Assembly (NCBI GenBank): GCA_963662665.2
Contig: CAXXJS010000061.1
Span: forward strand, 1 to 64,000
Source: Candidatus Latescibacterota bacterium
GTDB lineage: Bacteria; Latescibacterota; UBA2968; GCA-2709665
Reading direction: 5' to 3'
DNA length: 64,000 nt
In this document: piece by piece, positions 8,789 to 18,844 of the stretch
How the letters are laid out: the number at the start of each line of letters is the position of its first letter
How positions within the stretch are numbered: the first letter of the stretch is position 1
Notes under the pieces: generated by a model
What the model was told of the DNA's origin: nothing
What the model saw: only the letters and a program-made list of their open reading frames with translations
The model's database searches: none
Position numbers and translations under genes: made by a program

Positions 8789-10901
8789 GTTGCTCAAATG
8801 CGGACTGTTTCAGGAGCGGAAAGAGCCGATCGAACTCGAGTTCGCCGAAGAGGCCACGGAACCGCCCGGCCATATTGTGCAGTCGCCGCAGCAGATAGCC
8901 CCTGTCTTCATCGTTTGCGTAGGTTTCGATCCGCGCCAGGCTGCCGTCGTTTTTCTGGTACACCGTAATCCTGTCCCCCACTTCACATCCCGCGGCGGCG
9001 GCGGCCAGCCGGCGGAGGTTCGGATTTGAAAATGTTTTCTCGGTAATGCTCTCCCTGCGGCAGATTTCTCTGTGATCGAATTGACCCGCCTGCAGGCGGT
9101 CGGCGAATTCCATGTAGAGGGCTGACGCGGCCTCGTTCCGCCGGTTGATCAACAGCGGAGCGAGCTTCCGGATGAATTCACGGTAAACGCGCTCGTCGCG
9201 CCGGCTTCGCAGGCTGCTGCCTTTGATGATGAGGCGCCCTTCGTAATCGACCAGGATATAGTTCTTGGCTTTGAGACTGATCATGCCCTGGTACCGGCCG
9301 TCGTGGGACAGGCGGATGCCCTCGGGCAACGCTGTTGAAAGCGCTTCGACGAAGCGATGCTCCTCCCCTTCCGTATCGATTCCGGGGGGCACGACGAAAT
9401 ACACGCCGTCGGTATCCGCTTCGATGAGCCGGGCACCCTTTTCCCGCAGCATCGACACAACCTGCCGGGCGATCTGCTGCCCAAGGCTGGTGATGCGTGC
9501 CGCGGCCGTATAGTCGTTAAAATTCGCCCTTCCGTACGCCAGGTACCCATAGAACGAGTTGATCAGGATCTTGTAACTCCCCTGCAAGCCGTCCCAGTAG
9601 GACCGGTCGGCATCGCTATCTGCATCTTTCAGGCTGGATTTGGCATCGAGGCGTCGTCTGGTGAGGCGCCGCAGCATGGGCAGGAATACGTTTTCGGTAT
9701 CGGATCCGGGCCGGATACCGTAGTTTAACATGATGGAAGGGTAGAGGCTTTCCACGTCGGCCTTGACCACCCGGCTGAAAATGCCTGAGGCAAATAACTC
9801 GGTATATCCTCCGCCGAATGACTCGGCGTGCTGAGGCCGGGGAACGGCCAGGCCCCTGCGCAGGTAGGACCCGATCATCAGGGCATTGATTTTTTCGCCG
9901 GGCCCGGTTATCGCGGTGTCCTGGAACCGAAACGGCAGCACCTGGGTCTGATAGAATTCGGTTGTGGCGACCATTTCGCTCAGCGCACGAACGTCGCGGA
10001 CGTCGTCCAATGCGTACTCCGCTACCCGGCCCGGATCTTTGCGCCAGATCCTGTGGATGTCGGCCCCTTCTACGAAGACACGGTCCGTGCGTTCCAGGCC
10101 AAGGGCCCGAACGACGTTCTTCAGGCCGTAGCTCTCCAGGCGACCGCCGATGTCATATCGCTGGACCTGGTGATAGGTGTCGATAACGTGGCGGCCGTGA
10201 ATGTAGGCCGGACGGAATGTGCGGCTGCGGGCGCCCACCCGGTATCGGCGCAGCCCGTTCCCGGCTTTCATTTCGGAACCGTCCCGGCCCCAGGGCAGGT
10301 TGACGTTGAGGGCCCGGGCGCGAACCAGGATGTAGTTCAGGTCGAAATCGAAGATGTTGTGCCCTTCGATAATATCCGGGTCGCGGCTGCGGATTCGTTG
10401 ATTCAGGATCTCCAGGAGTGCGCTTTCGGGCATCTTCCGGGCGCCGAGCACTTCCTCGTAGTTCCTGTTGTCCGAAAGCGCAACCAGGATAATGCCTGCG
10501 TCCGGCGCCCTGGGGTTCAGGCCGGTGGTCTCGATATCCAGCTGAAGGCGATGGGCGTCGTTGTAACGCAGGCCCCGAAAATGCGTGTTGCCGGAAAGCA
10601 ACAGGTGCTGTTTAACCGGGTTGTTGAAGTCGAAGTGGACGATGCCGTCGGCGGACAGCCGCCCGCGGGCATCCAGGAAGTCGTTCCAGGAGTGGAATTG
10701 GACCAGATAACGAAGCTGGCCGGCGCCCGTGAGACGCGCGATTTTTCGAACGCCTGAGAGGCCGGCCCTGTCGCAGTCCTCCGGCGCCTCGACCAGCAGC
10801 CACGGCGAAAACGGATGGGTCTCGCGTCCGGCGCGGGTATAGTACGCCATCTGGTTTCCGTCGATCAGTTCAACCGCAAGAATTTCGGATTGTGGACGCA
10901 T
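8775..10901 (-). CDS. polB: Family B DNA polymerase with 3'-5' exonuclease
   Basis: LDIETTG, GHNIFDFD, DVESLYPS, KILINSFYG, ADTDG; C-terminal QLSLF. Confidence 0.9.
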   Translation of the reverse strand: MRPQSEILAVELIDGNQMAYYTRAGRETHPFSPWLLVEAPEDCDRAGLSGVRKIARLTGAGQLRYLVQFHSWNDFLDARGRLSADGIVHFDFNNPVKQHLLLSGNTHFRGLRYNDAHRLQLDIETTGLNPRAPDAGIILVALSDNRNYEEVLGARKMPESALLEILNQRIRSRDPDIIEGHNIFDFDLNYILVRARALNVNLPWGRDGSEMKAGNGLRRYRVGARSRTFRPAYIHGRHVIDTYHQVQRYDIGGRLESYGLKNVVRALGLERTDRVFVEGADIHRIWRKDPGRVAEYALDDVRDVRALSEMVATTEFYQTQVLPFRFQDTAITGPGEKINALMIGSYLRRGLAVPRPQHAESFGGGYTELFASGIFSRVVKADVESLYPSIMLNYGIRPGSDTENVFLPMLRRLTRRRLDAKSSLKDADSDADRSYWDGLQGSYKILINSFYGYLAYGRANFNDYTAAARITSLGQQIARQVVSMLREKGARLIEADTDGVYFVVPPGIDTEGEEHRFVEALSTALPEGIRLSHDGRYQGMISLKAKNYILVDYEGRLIIKGSSLRSRRDERVYREFIRKLAPLLINRRNEAASALYMEFADRLQAGQFDHREICRRESITEKTFSNPNLRRLAAAAAGCEVGDRITVYQKNDGSLARIETYANDEDRGYLLRRLHNMAGRFRGLFGELEFDRLFPLLKQSAFEQLSLF

Positions 10902-11017
10902 GGTTCGCAGCCCATTTCATTTCTGGACATGGTCGGGTTGGGTACCCTACAATATAGCCAAGTGAACAGCGTGGTGGAAGGGCTATACGGATTCATTCTC
11001 CAGGTGGAGTACCGCAT

Positions 11018-11764
11018 ATGAACCGGCTTCAACCTGAATCAGGCGCTTCCGCGCCGGCCGCCGAGCGTTCGCGAACGGCACTGCTGCTTCGTGTTGGCAC
11101 CTGGATCGTGGTGGTGGTGGCGTTTCTGGCCGCAGCGTGGTGGGCGTGGAAGCAGAACCCCGGTACGGCCGATAGGGCCGTGGGCTTCCTCGCGGGTTTG
11201 GCTCTGTTTCTGATCATCGTCGATCTCTGGACCCTTGCAATCGCCCGGTTCTGGCGCCCCGCGCGGTCGCCACTCAGGGTGCCGGTCCGCACGCCGGTCG
11301 TCCTCGCATTCCTGCACGCCGGCCTGTGGTTGTGCATGCGCTACCTGCTTGCACCCGAAGTCTTCGATCGCTCCGGCACGGCGCCCGGAGGGGAAGGGGA
11401 TCCGGCGATACGATGGGGGATTGCGCTGCTGTTCGGCCTGCTATGGATGGTCGGAACCGTAGCCCTCTTCTTCGAGGTCCGGCTCCTGCGCTGGGTGCTG
11501 ATCTCGGAGGATACGGCGGTGGTTGAAGAAAAACCCGAAGAAGCCGAAGAAGGGTCCGACATGCCCGCCGGGCCCGAACACACCTACGAAGTGCAGACGA
11601 TTCTGAGTCGATTGGGATACGAGACCGGACCGGTTGACGGCGAACTGAACGAGGCCACCCGGGAGGCGTTGCGCAAGTTTCAGGCGGATGCCGGGCTGGA
11701 ACCGACCGGGGAGGTGACCATGCTGACCGTCATCGAATTGCGGAACCGGTGGGGGGACAGGTGA
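11018..11764 (+). CDS. Membrane protein with C-terminal peptidoglycan-binding domain
   Basis: Four TM helices, then LGYETGPVDG...ALRKFQADAGLEPTG. Confidence 0.85.
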   Translation: MNRLQPESGASAPAAERSRTALLLRVGTWIVVVVAFLAAAWWAWKQNPGTADRAVGFLAGLALFLIIVDLWTLAIARFWRPARSPLRVPVRTPVVLAFLHAGLWLCMRYLLAPEVFDRSGTAPGGEGDPAIRWGIALLFGLLWMVGTVALFFEVRLLRWVLISEDTAVVEEKPEEAEEGSDMPAGPEHTYEVQTILSRLGYETGPVDGELNEATREALRKFQADAGLEPTGEVTMLTVIELRNRWGDR

Positions 11765-11834
11765 CGGCAATATTTGACAGGACGGGTAAAACGGCCACTT
11801 GATCGTCGTATGCGGTGACCTGAGGAGTAAGACC

Positions 11835-12095
11835 GGGCGGTCGGCTCAGAAACCGTTTGGCCGAGCTTTCGAGAAAGCCAATATTTACAAGCGGATAACG
11901 ATATACACGCTACGGCATTCCTTTGCGACACACCTGCTTGAACGCGGGACCGACCTGCGATATATCCAGGTGTTGCTGGGGCATGCAAGCCCAAAAACCA
12001 CACAGATCTATACTCGGGCGACGAATCGGGATCTCGCGAAAATCCAGAGCCCGCTGGATGCATTGATGGAAGAAAGGGAGGCAGTTTTTGATTAG
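11835..12095 (+). pseudogene. intI: C-terminal fragment of an integron-type tyrosine recombinase (copy 1)
   Basis: [26 protein letters not shown]...TTQIYT...KIQSPLD; N-terminal two-thirds missing; the His of HxLR is replaced by Tyr. Confidence 0.8.
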
Positions 12096-12229
12096 CGACG
12101 ATGCCGCCATAGGCGGCATTCCTGAACATGCTCGGGCTACAAGCTTCAAAGTGGGATGTTCCCGAACGTTCGCAGATCTTCGGATCAGGTACGCATTACC
12201 GTAACGGTTCGGTAATACCGTAGTTAGCA
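12096..12229 (+). other. attI-like recombination region, copy 1
   Basis: Repeat containing CGAACGTTCG and ATTACCG-N8-CGGTAAT, ending at GTTAGCA 12223; similarity among copies stops at the GTT. Confidence 0.7.
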
Positions 12230-12420
12230 GAAATCGCCCCCACCACCCCCAGAAGAACCGTGATTGCGTGCAAAAATAGCCCCACCCTCCCCACCATCAT
12301 CACTCGTTCCTATACTTGGATTTATGCGACAGCGGAGAAATCCCGAGTCAGATCTTCCCTAAATCCAAATCTCGAGATAATTATCAACCATTCGATTGAC
12401 AGAAAACAAGGGAGGCGAGA

Positions 12421-12537
12421 ATGTTCGGCATAGGTCTTTGGGAAATCCTGCTTGTCCTCCTCTTGGGCATGATAGGTTTCTGGCTGTGGATGCTCATTGA
12501 ATGTGCAGTTAAGGAACCGTCCACTAAACTGGGGTAA
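12421..12537 (+). pseudogene. Truncated small membrane protein (PLDc_N-like)
   Basis: GGAGG RBS; MFGIGLWEIL...FWLWMLIECAVKEPS then early stop. Confidence 0.5.
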
Positions 12538-12557
12538 CCCCAGAGAGAGGTGACGCG

Positions 12558-13934
12558 ATGGTACCCTGGATCTTCGTGCACAATCCCCTGGAGCACTGGC
12601 TGGACGACTACCCGCGCATCTTCGACGCGTGGGAGGCGGGAGGGGTGGGCGGCATCGTGGTGGGACGGATGTGGCTCAGGAACCAGGCCGGCATGCCGTT
12701 GTGGGGGGACACCCTCACCCCCTCGTTTGCGGCGGACCCAAAGGTGTACGCCGCGTTCGGCATCAAGCCGCCCCCGGAAACGGCCCGCACCCCCGAGAGG
12801 GAGAAGCAGCTCCACGCGCTCCTCGACAACGCCGCCTCCCGGGGCTGGCACATCATGATCTTCGACTCCAGAGACGGGCTCCGGCTGCTCTACCAGCGGG
12901 GCCAGGGTACCACCAGCGGCCTAGCCGAGGAGGAGGACCCTTTCGGGGCCATCGAGGTGGCCGCCGGGGTGCACGACCTGGCCAGTGCCTATCCCCAGGC
13001 CCACGGCGTCATCTTGGACCAGCCCGGCGAGACCTTCTACGAACTTGCCTTCCATCGGGGTAAGGCCCTACTGGAACTGGACGGTCGCATGCGGCACCGC
13101 CTGGAAGCCATCGGCGCCGATGTGGAGCGCGTCGCCCGCGGCATGGCGCACCTGAACGAGCGTTTCCACAACCTGACTCCGGATCTGGTGCGCTACCACG
13201 CGTCCGGCGGCATGCTGGGGGCACTGAACCTGTTCGACCTGAACGAGGATGCCCTGTACTGGCTGCGCGCCCGCCGCGAAGCGGCGCGGGGGTTCATGCG
13301 CGCCGTGCACGCGCAGATGCAGAGAGTGGGAGGGAAGGTGGAGCTGGGGGGCATTCCGCGCACCGCCGCTTTCTCGTCACTGACCGGGCACGAATTTGGC
13401 GAGATGGCGGAGTACTTCGACTACGTCTGCCCCAAGCACTACTTCTGGCACCGCGGGAATGACGGCCTCTACGGCACCATGGCCCGCTGGGTGCAGCAGG
13501 TCCTGGACTGGAACCCGACCCTGTTGGCGGCAGACGGCTTCGCCGTGGTCAAGGCCTTCCTGGGGCTGGAGCTTCCCGGGGTGCAGACCCTGGCGGACAT
13601 GGAACTGGGGTTCCCCGAGGAGTTCTACTCGGAGCTGGTGTACAACGAGACGCGCCGAGCGCTGGAGGCCATCGGGGATGTGAACAAGGTGATCGCCTGG
13701 GTGTCGACGGGGCGCCGTCCGCACGGGGGCGAGCCCATGACCGCCCGCGACCTGCACGGCATCCTGACCGCCTCCGAGCGGGCCGGCCTGCAGCGCTTCC
13801 TGTTCCAGCCGGACCCTGATCTGAGCGCCCCCGAATGGAGCGTGATCTCCGACCTGTGCGGCAAGCGCTGGCACCCGAGCCGCGACGGGTACTGGCCCTC
13901 GGACTCCAGCAGGCCCGACGCGTTCAGCAGGTAG
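12558..13934 (+). CDS. Uncharacterised protein, possibly glycosidase-like; paralog of 32460-33773
   Basis: Shared blocks EHWLD, PKHYFWHRG.DG.YGT, VIAWVSTGRRPHGG. Confidence 0.75.
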   Translation: MVPWIFVHNPLEHWLDDYPRIFDAWEAGGVGGIVVGRMWLRNQAGMPLWGDTLTPSFAADPKVYAAFGIKPPPETARTPEREKQLHALLDNAASRGWHIMIFDSRDGLRLLYQRGQGTTSGLAEEEDPFGAIEVAAGVHDLASAYPQAHGVILDQPGETFYELAFHRGKALLELDGRMRHRLEAIGADVERVARGMAHLNERFHNLTPDLVRYHASGGMLGALNLFDLNEDALYWLRARREAARGFMRAVHAQMQRVGGKVELGGIPRTAAFSSLTGHEFGEMAEYFDYVCPKHYFWHRGNDGLYGTMARWVQQVLDWNPTLLAADGFAVVKAFLGLELPGVQTLADMELGFPEEFYSELVYNETRRALEAIGDVNKVIAWVSTGRRPHGGEPMTARDLHGILTASERAGLQRFLFQPDPDLSAPEWSVISDLCGKRWHPSRDGYWPSDSSRPDAFSR

Positions 13935-14975
13935 GCATGCGCCCGTTGCGGGACTTATCTGCGGGATTCGTCGCTTCGCCGACTCGGGGAGTCGACGTTC
14001 CCAGGAACCGGCTAATCACAACGTGATTCACCCAATGCGCCGGAAGGCCCGATCCGCCGCGACCCCTTGGCAACGGACGCCACAGGCCCTGATCCCCGGC
14101 CGGCGTTTCCTCCCTGGCACATTGACATCAGGAGACCCCTTACGTATCGTTCAGAGAGATATGACACGTAAGGGAGATTTGACCATTTGTTGCCATCCTG
14201 GTCCTGTCTTCTCGCGTTTCCTCGGGTCTCTGATCTGCCCCTGCGAGCGCATCATGCTGTTGCTGGCATTGGGCGCACGTCAATGTCAGTGGTAGCCTGG
14301 GCAGAAGTTGGGTTGGGGCATTACAATTCTTGGCTCCAATGTCCTTGGTGCTTCTATCTATTTCTTATTTCGAAGACCTAAGCGGATTCGGGAACGCAAT
14401 CAGGAATCACTTGAGCCGTAGCGAACATATCGAGCCTCCCATACACTTCGTGCGTGGTGCTCCGAAGTGACGGCCTCGGACATCGACGTAGAAGATCTGT
14501 ATTGTCGGGCCATGAGCGCCGTCGCAAAATAAAGCGCTCCTGGACCCACCTCAACACCACTACCCACACATTGGCCTGTGTCACACCGGTTGCTTGATTT
14601 TTACACCTATCGAAGTGGCGAAAAGGCGACGGAGAAAACTGAATATCCGGCGGAATGCACCTTCGTCTTGTCCAAAAGCTCACTTGCTAATGACTTGATT
14701 ATGCCGAAGGCTGCGCCCCTACCCAGAGGGCATGCCGCTAAGTTCGGGATCACTTTGCTCGCGTGCCGCTTGGAGGGGCCACTGCCCTTGTTGGTCCTGA
14801 CGTGAAGGTTTTGGAGAGATGTCGTGATCTCTTCGGTATTGCCTAGGGCTAAACCATTTTTTCGAATCGGATCTCAGGTCATCCCAATCAGATGAGAGGA
14901 ACCAAACCTATGTCGCACGCTGTAAGTACGCCCCGATCTCCAGGACCGAGAGGGGCGCCACCCCGATGCGACTTC

Positions 14976-15127
14976 TGCTAACACGGGCTATTCGCTCCGG
15001 TCGCTTCGCTCCCTCCGGCCCTTCGGCCACATTCCCCTTTGTCACGTCGCTTGCTGAGAGACGCAAGCGCCGCGCCAATCCGGCTTCGCCGGACCGGGGA
15101 ACGTCGTATAGCCCGGGAACGTTATGA
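14976..15127 (+). repeat. attC site
   Basis: TGCTAAC...GTTATGA; CGGGCTAT/ATAGCCCG arms; TTCTGCTAAC is the reverse complement of cassette start GTTAGCAGAA (12223). Confidence 0.85.
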
Positions 15128-15321
15128 GAAAATGCCGTTTTTGTCTGAATAGTTGAGAATCAGGGGGCAGAGGCAAAACCATCCCCACACCAGTGGGCCA
15201 TCTAATAAGGCTGGGCGCAAAAAGCGCTTTGGTTTCCGCCCGATTCAAGTTATATTTTGGGAAATAGTTGTATTTGTTTGGCTTAATGGACATTTTCGAG
15301 CCAAAGATCGGGGGCCATTAC

Positions 15322-15624
15322 ATGTCTGCAAAAACGCTAGACCAGCATATTGAGACAACTCCTGGCGTTTCAGGAGGAAAACCGCGCATTGTCGGGCATC
15401 GTATTACCGTGCAAAATATCGTGATCTGGCATGAGCGGATGGGAAAAAGCGCTGACGAAATTGCGACAGAATATGACCTGACGTTGGCGGACATTTATGC
15501 GGCATTGAGTTACTATTTTGATCACCGTGATGAGGTGGACCGGGATATAGAAGAAAGTGAGGAATTTGGTGAAACTTTACGCCGACAAAGCCCTTCTCGA
15601 CTGAAATCAAAGCTCCAGGAATAG
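15322..15624 (+). CDS. DUF433 family antitoxin-like protein
   Basis: PGVSGGKPRIVGHRITV...LTLADIYAALSYY. Confidence 0.88.
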   Translation: MSAKTLDQHIETTPGVSGGKPRIVGHRITVQNIVIWHERMGKSADEIATEYDLTLADIYAALSYYFDHRDEVDRDIEESEEFGETLRRQSPSRLKSKLQE

Positions 15625-15631
15625 GATCCAC

Positions 15632-15961
15632 ATGGCTAAGGTCAGATTCTATACCGATGAGCACGTTTCGAAGGCTGTGGTGATTGGATTGCGCCAAAGG
15701 GGAGCAGATGTTCTCACCGTTAGTGAAGCAGGCCTACTGGGCGCCTCAGACGAGGAACATTTGAGGAAGGCACGGGCAGAAGGACGGATTATTTTCACTC
15801 AAGATATCGATTTCTTACGCCTGGCTGCGGCAGGCATCGAGCACACAGGGATCGTCTACACATCTCAGGTCACTACGGCAGGTAGTATTATCCGCGGTCT
15901 TATGTTGATTTATCAGGTCTTGGAAGCGGAAGAAATGGAAGGTCACATTGAGTATTTGTGA
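15632..15961 (+). CDS. DUF5615 PIN-like toxin (VapC45-like)
   Basis: FYTDEHV, ASDEEHL, IFTQDIDF, HTGI; adjacent to DUF433. Confidence 0.85.
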   Translation: MAKVRFYTDEHVSKAVVIGLRQRGADVLTVSEAGLLGASDEEHLRKARAEGRIIFTQDIDFLRLAAAGIEHTGIVYTSQVTTAGSIIRGLMLIYQVLEAEEMEGHIEYL

Positions 15962-16004
15962 CGACTTAATGCAGAGGTCTGAGGGAGAAAAAAAAGGGAA
16001 AACA

Positions 16005-16036
16005 GAGGGGTGATGGTCGCCCCTTCTTTATTTTTC
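16005..16036 (+). terminator. Probable intrinsic terminator after the TA pair
   Basis: AGGGGTGA-TGG-TCGCCCCT stem followed by a T-rich tail. Confidence 0.55.
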
Positions 16037-16038
16037 TA

Positions 16039-16274
16039 AAGACCACACAGATCTATACTCGGGTTACAAATGGGGATCTCGCGAAAATCCAGAGCCCGTT
16101 GGATGCATTGATGGAAGAAAGGGAGGCAGTTTTCGATTAGAGACGATGCCACCATAGGAAGCATCCCTGAACATGTTCGGGCTACAAGCTTCAGCGTGGA
16201 ATGTTCCCGAACGTTCGCAGATCTTCGGATCAGGTACGCATTACCGTAACTGTTCGGTAATCCCGTAGTTATAT
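16039..16274 (+). other. intI 3' tail plus attI-like region, copy 2
   Basis: Encodes [33 protein letters not shown] (stop 16140); very similar to copy 1; ends at GTTATAT 16268. Confidence 0.8.
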
Positions 16275-16300
16275 GCAACCGTGGTCGAAGAGGACACCGC

Positions 16301-17113
16301 GTGGATGATTTGACTGATATACGCGAGATGTATAATGCTGGTTGGGAGGTCGAGGCTACCAGACTACAGCGCCACCAACTCGAGGGTGAGATCACCTGGC
16401 GCTATTTGGATCTGCACCTTCCACCCACTGGCCGGCTTCTGGAGATTGGCTTCGGGACAGGGTTCTACACCTTTGCCCTCGCGGAGCGGGGTTACCAGAT
16501 AACGGCTGTCGATCTCGCTGATGAATATGTTACCCGTTGCAATGCGAAGGCGGAAGAACTCGGCCTATCTGGTCAGATTGACTTCCGGACGGCTGACGCC
16601 CGAAAGCTGGATGGTGTACCGCTTCACGACTTCGATGCGGTGCTCCTTATGGGACCTCTCTACCACCTGGTGCTCGAAGCTGATCGAACAGCAGCTTTGC
16701 AGTCTGCGTACGCCTGCGTCAAACCTGGGGGAGTGATCTTTTCAGCACTGCTTTCTCGGTTGGGTGTTCTCGGTAATCTTATCAAAGAGAATCCCTCCTG
16801 GATTGAGGACCAGGATTACGTTAGGTCACTCGCCCAGCACGGCCGCCGCCCCGCCGGTGCGCCAAAAGGGGGATTTCGAGGTCACTTCGTACGTCTTAAT
16901 GAGGTGGCCCCCATGCACGAGACGGTCGGATTCCGCACACTCAAGATCGCCGGCGTCGAGCCAGCCATTTCTGCAGACGACGAGAGCTACAACAAACTTG
17001 AGGGAAAGCAAAGAGAACTTTGGTTGGATCTGCTATTCGAAATCAGTGGAGAGCAAAGCATGGTAGCTTCCTCTCGGCACATACTCTACATAGGTGAAAA
17101 GCCAAAGGACTGA
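16301..17113 (+). CDS. Class I SAM-dependent methyltransferase (cassette)
   Basis: LLEIGFGTG, FDAVLLMGPLYHL, KPGG. Confidence 0.9.
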   Translation: MDDLTDIREMYNAGWEVEATRLQRHQLEGEITWRYLDLHLPPTGRLLEIGFGTGFYTFALAERGYQITAVDLADEYVTRCNAKAEELGLSGQIDFRTADARKLDGVPLHDFDAVLLMGPLYHLVLEADRTAALQSAYACVKPGGVIFSALLSRLGVLGNLIKENPSWIEDQDYVRSLAQHGRRPAGAPKGGFRGHFVRLNEVAPMHETVGFRTLKIAGVEPAISADDESYNKLEGKQRELWLDLLFEISGEQSMVASSRHILYIGEKPKD

Positions 17114-17128
17114 GACGACCACGGCAGC

Positions 17129-17216
17129 ATATAACACGTCGGGCTGCGGCTCCGGCCCTTTCGGGCCTTCGCCCAACTTGCCTGCGGCAGGTTCGCAGCC
17201 CGCGAGGACGTTAACA
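17129..17216 (+). repeat. attC site
   Basis: ATATAAC...GTTAACA; CGGGCTGCG/CGCAGCCCG arms; GCATATAAC is the reverse complement of GTTATATGC (16268). Confidence 0.85.
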
Positions 17217-17380
17217 GAAAGCACGCGCCAAAATCAGAACCAGCGGCCATCTTGGCCGCCAAGAAAACCTTTGATATGCTTCTGTTGCCTGTTGGATTTT
17301 TCTACAGCGAATTGGATATGTAGAGTTTCTGCGACCACGACTGAGATATTCCGCGATTCTTCCGTATGGGCAATAGTTAG

Positions 17381-17570
17381 CCCCAATTGGAAAAAACAGC
17401 AGCGCGGTGACGCGACGAAAACCCCTGAAGCGGGGCGTAACCGTCGTCCAAAAGGACAATTTTTCAGTTCACGTCCAGTGACATGGTGTATCCTGGTAAT
17501 CAGAAGTCTAATCGCCTTTATCTGCTTGCATATATTCGGTTTTACTTTCCCGAAGAATTACGAATCAAGG
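17381..17570 (+). mobile_element. ~190-bp MITE-like element, copy 1
   Basis: Six related copies in window; ends CCCCAAT.../...GAATCAAGG; flanked by TTAG direct repeat. Confidence 0.75.
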
Positions 17571-17599
17571 TTAGCCACCAACCGCGTTGGGAACAGACC

Positions 17600-18772
17600 A
17601 TGGGCTCAAATCGGCTCCAGCCAACAACCCGGAAGACCTTCGTCAGCGACCGACAAGATGGCCGCTTTATCGACACGGCGGGCTTCATACACGCGTTCAT
17701 CAAATCCCACCGACCAAAGCTCGCGTTCGATCCGGATATGGATGCCCGCGAATTTCCTGCCTGGCGCGAACGGCTGCGCAAGAAGGTGCTCGAGTTGATG
17801 GCGTTTCCCGAAGTGGTCCGTCAACCTGCGCCTAAACGCGTCGGCGTCGAGCAGCGTGCCGGATACCAACTCCAGCGTTGGGAGATATATCCCGAACAGC
17901 ACTGCGTCGTACCCTTTCTGATGCTGGTCCCGGATGGCACGAGCGACCAGTCGCCCGCGCCGGCGGTCCTGTGTTTCCCGGGGTACAGCGGCAGCAAAGA
18001 AGGAATGGCCGGTGAGCGGGAATTGAACGACCGCAAACTCGACTGGAGTGAAGAGAAGTGGCGCGACAACTGCATCGCCTTGCACTTTGTGCGCCAGGGA
18101 ATGATCGCCGTGGCGGTTGACAATCCCGCTCGTGCCGAAGCGGACAGTGCCCTTCGGGATCTTTCGGGGGTTTCGCTGTGCATGCTGTGGACAGGGCGCA
18201 ACTATCTCGGCATTTCGGTCTTTCAGAAGACCCAGATCCTGCAGTGGCTTGCTCAATCGAGCATGGTAGACTCGAAGCGCATCGCAACATGTGGTCTATC
18301 GCTGGGTTCCGATCCGGCCGATATCGTCGGGCTGCTCAATCCGGATCTGGTCGGAGCCGTCATCCATAACGACTTCCTGTGCGACTGGCGCGAACGAACG
18401 ATTGCCCAGAATGCCTACGGCTCGACCCCTCACCACGTGGTCCCCGGAATGTATCGTTGGTTTGACGCTCCAGACATTCAAGCGGCACTGGCCCCGCGGC
18501 CTCTGCTCTACACAGAAGGTGGTCGCGCCCCTCATATCAGCAGGATCCGGGCCGCCTATAAAATGGCGGGGGCTCAGGACAACGTGCAGGTCTATCACTA
18601 CAAGAAGTATGAGAACGCAGACGCTCGCCTCTACGACGACCAGCCGATCCCAGAAGGGCTGGCGGATGAAGAGTACTTCCTCTATGCCAATGTCGATGTG
18701 GCGGAACACCGCTTTCACCCCGAACATGCTGTTCCCTGGCTGACGGAAGTTCTTATGCCGAAGACGGACTGA
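17600..18772 (+). CDS. Alpha/beta hydrolase (Abhydrolase_7-like)
   Basis: PAVLCFPG, GLSLG nucleophile elbow, LAPRPLL; ATG 17600 preferred because the longer ORF starts inside the MITE. Confidence 0.8.
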   Translation: MGSNRLQPTTRKTFVSDRQDGRFIDTAGFIHAFIKSHRPKLAFDPDMDAREFPAWRERLRKKVLELMAFPEVVRQPAPKRVGVEQRAGYQLQRWEIYPEQHCVVPFLMLVPDGTSDQSPAPAVLCFPGYSGSKEGMAGERELNDRKLDWSEEKWRDNCIALHFVRQGMIAVAVDNPARAEADSALRDLSGVSLCMLWTGRNYLGISVFQKTQILQWLAQSSMVDSKRIATCGLSLGSDPADIVGLLNPDLVGAVIHNDFLCDWRERTIAQNAYGSTPHHVVPGMYRWFDAPDIQAALAPRPLLYTEGGRAPHISRIRAAYKMAGAQDNVQVYHYKKYENADARLYDDQPIPEGLADEEYFLYANVDVAEHRFHPEHAVPWLTEVLMPKTD

Positions 18773-18790
18773 GAGCGGACAAAGTAGAGT

Positions 18791-18844
18791 GGCTAACAGG
18801 GCTTTCACCCGACTCGCTTCGCTCGTGGGAAGCCCTCGTTATAA
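18791..18844 (+). repeat. attC site (short)
   Basis: GGCTAAC-AGGGCTT...AAGCCCT-C-GTTATAA; GTGGCTAAC is the reverse complement of GTTAGCCAC (17570). Confidence 0.8.

Noticed and set aside
11799-12095. Functional integrase or XerD gene
   Set aside because: Only the C-terminal ~85 aa are present; the first catalytic Arg region is missing and the HxLR His is Tyr.
8775-12095. Prophage or pipolin/casposon-like element (PolB plus integrase)
   Set aside because: No phage genes, cas1 or terminal repeats; PolB has canonical DTD and clamp motifs, and the integrase is an integron-type remnant.
17483-17599. N-terminal extension of the hydrolase ORF
   Set aside because: It starts inside MITE copy 1; ATG 17600 is more plausible.
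17094-17798. 234-aa ORF
   Set aside because: It reads through an attC, a leader and a MITE; no protein motifs.
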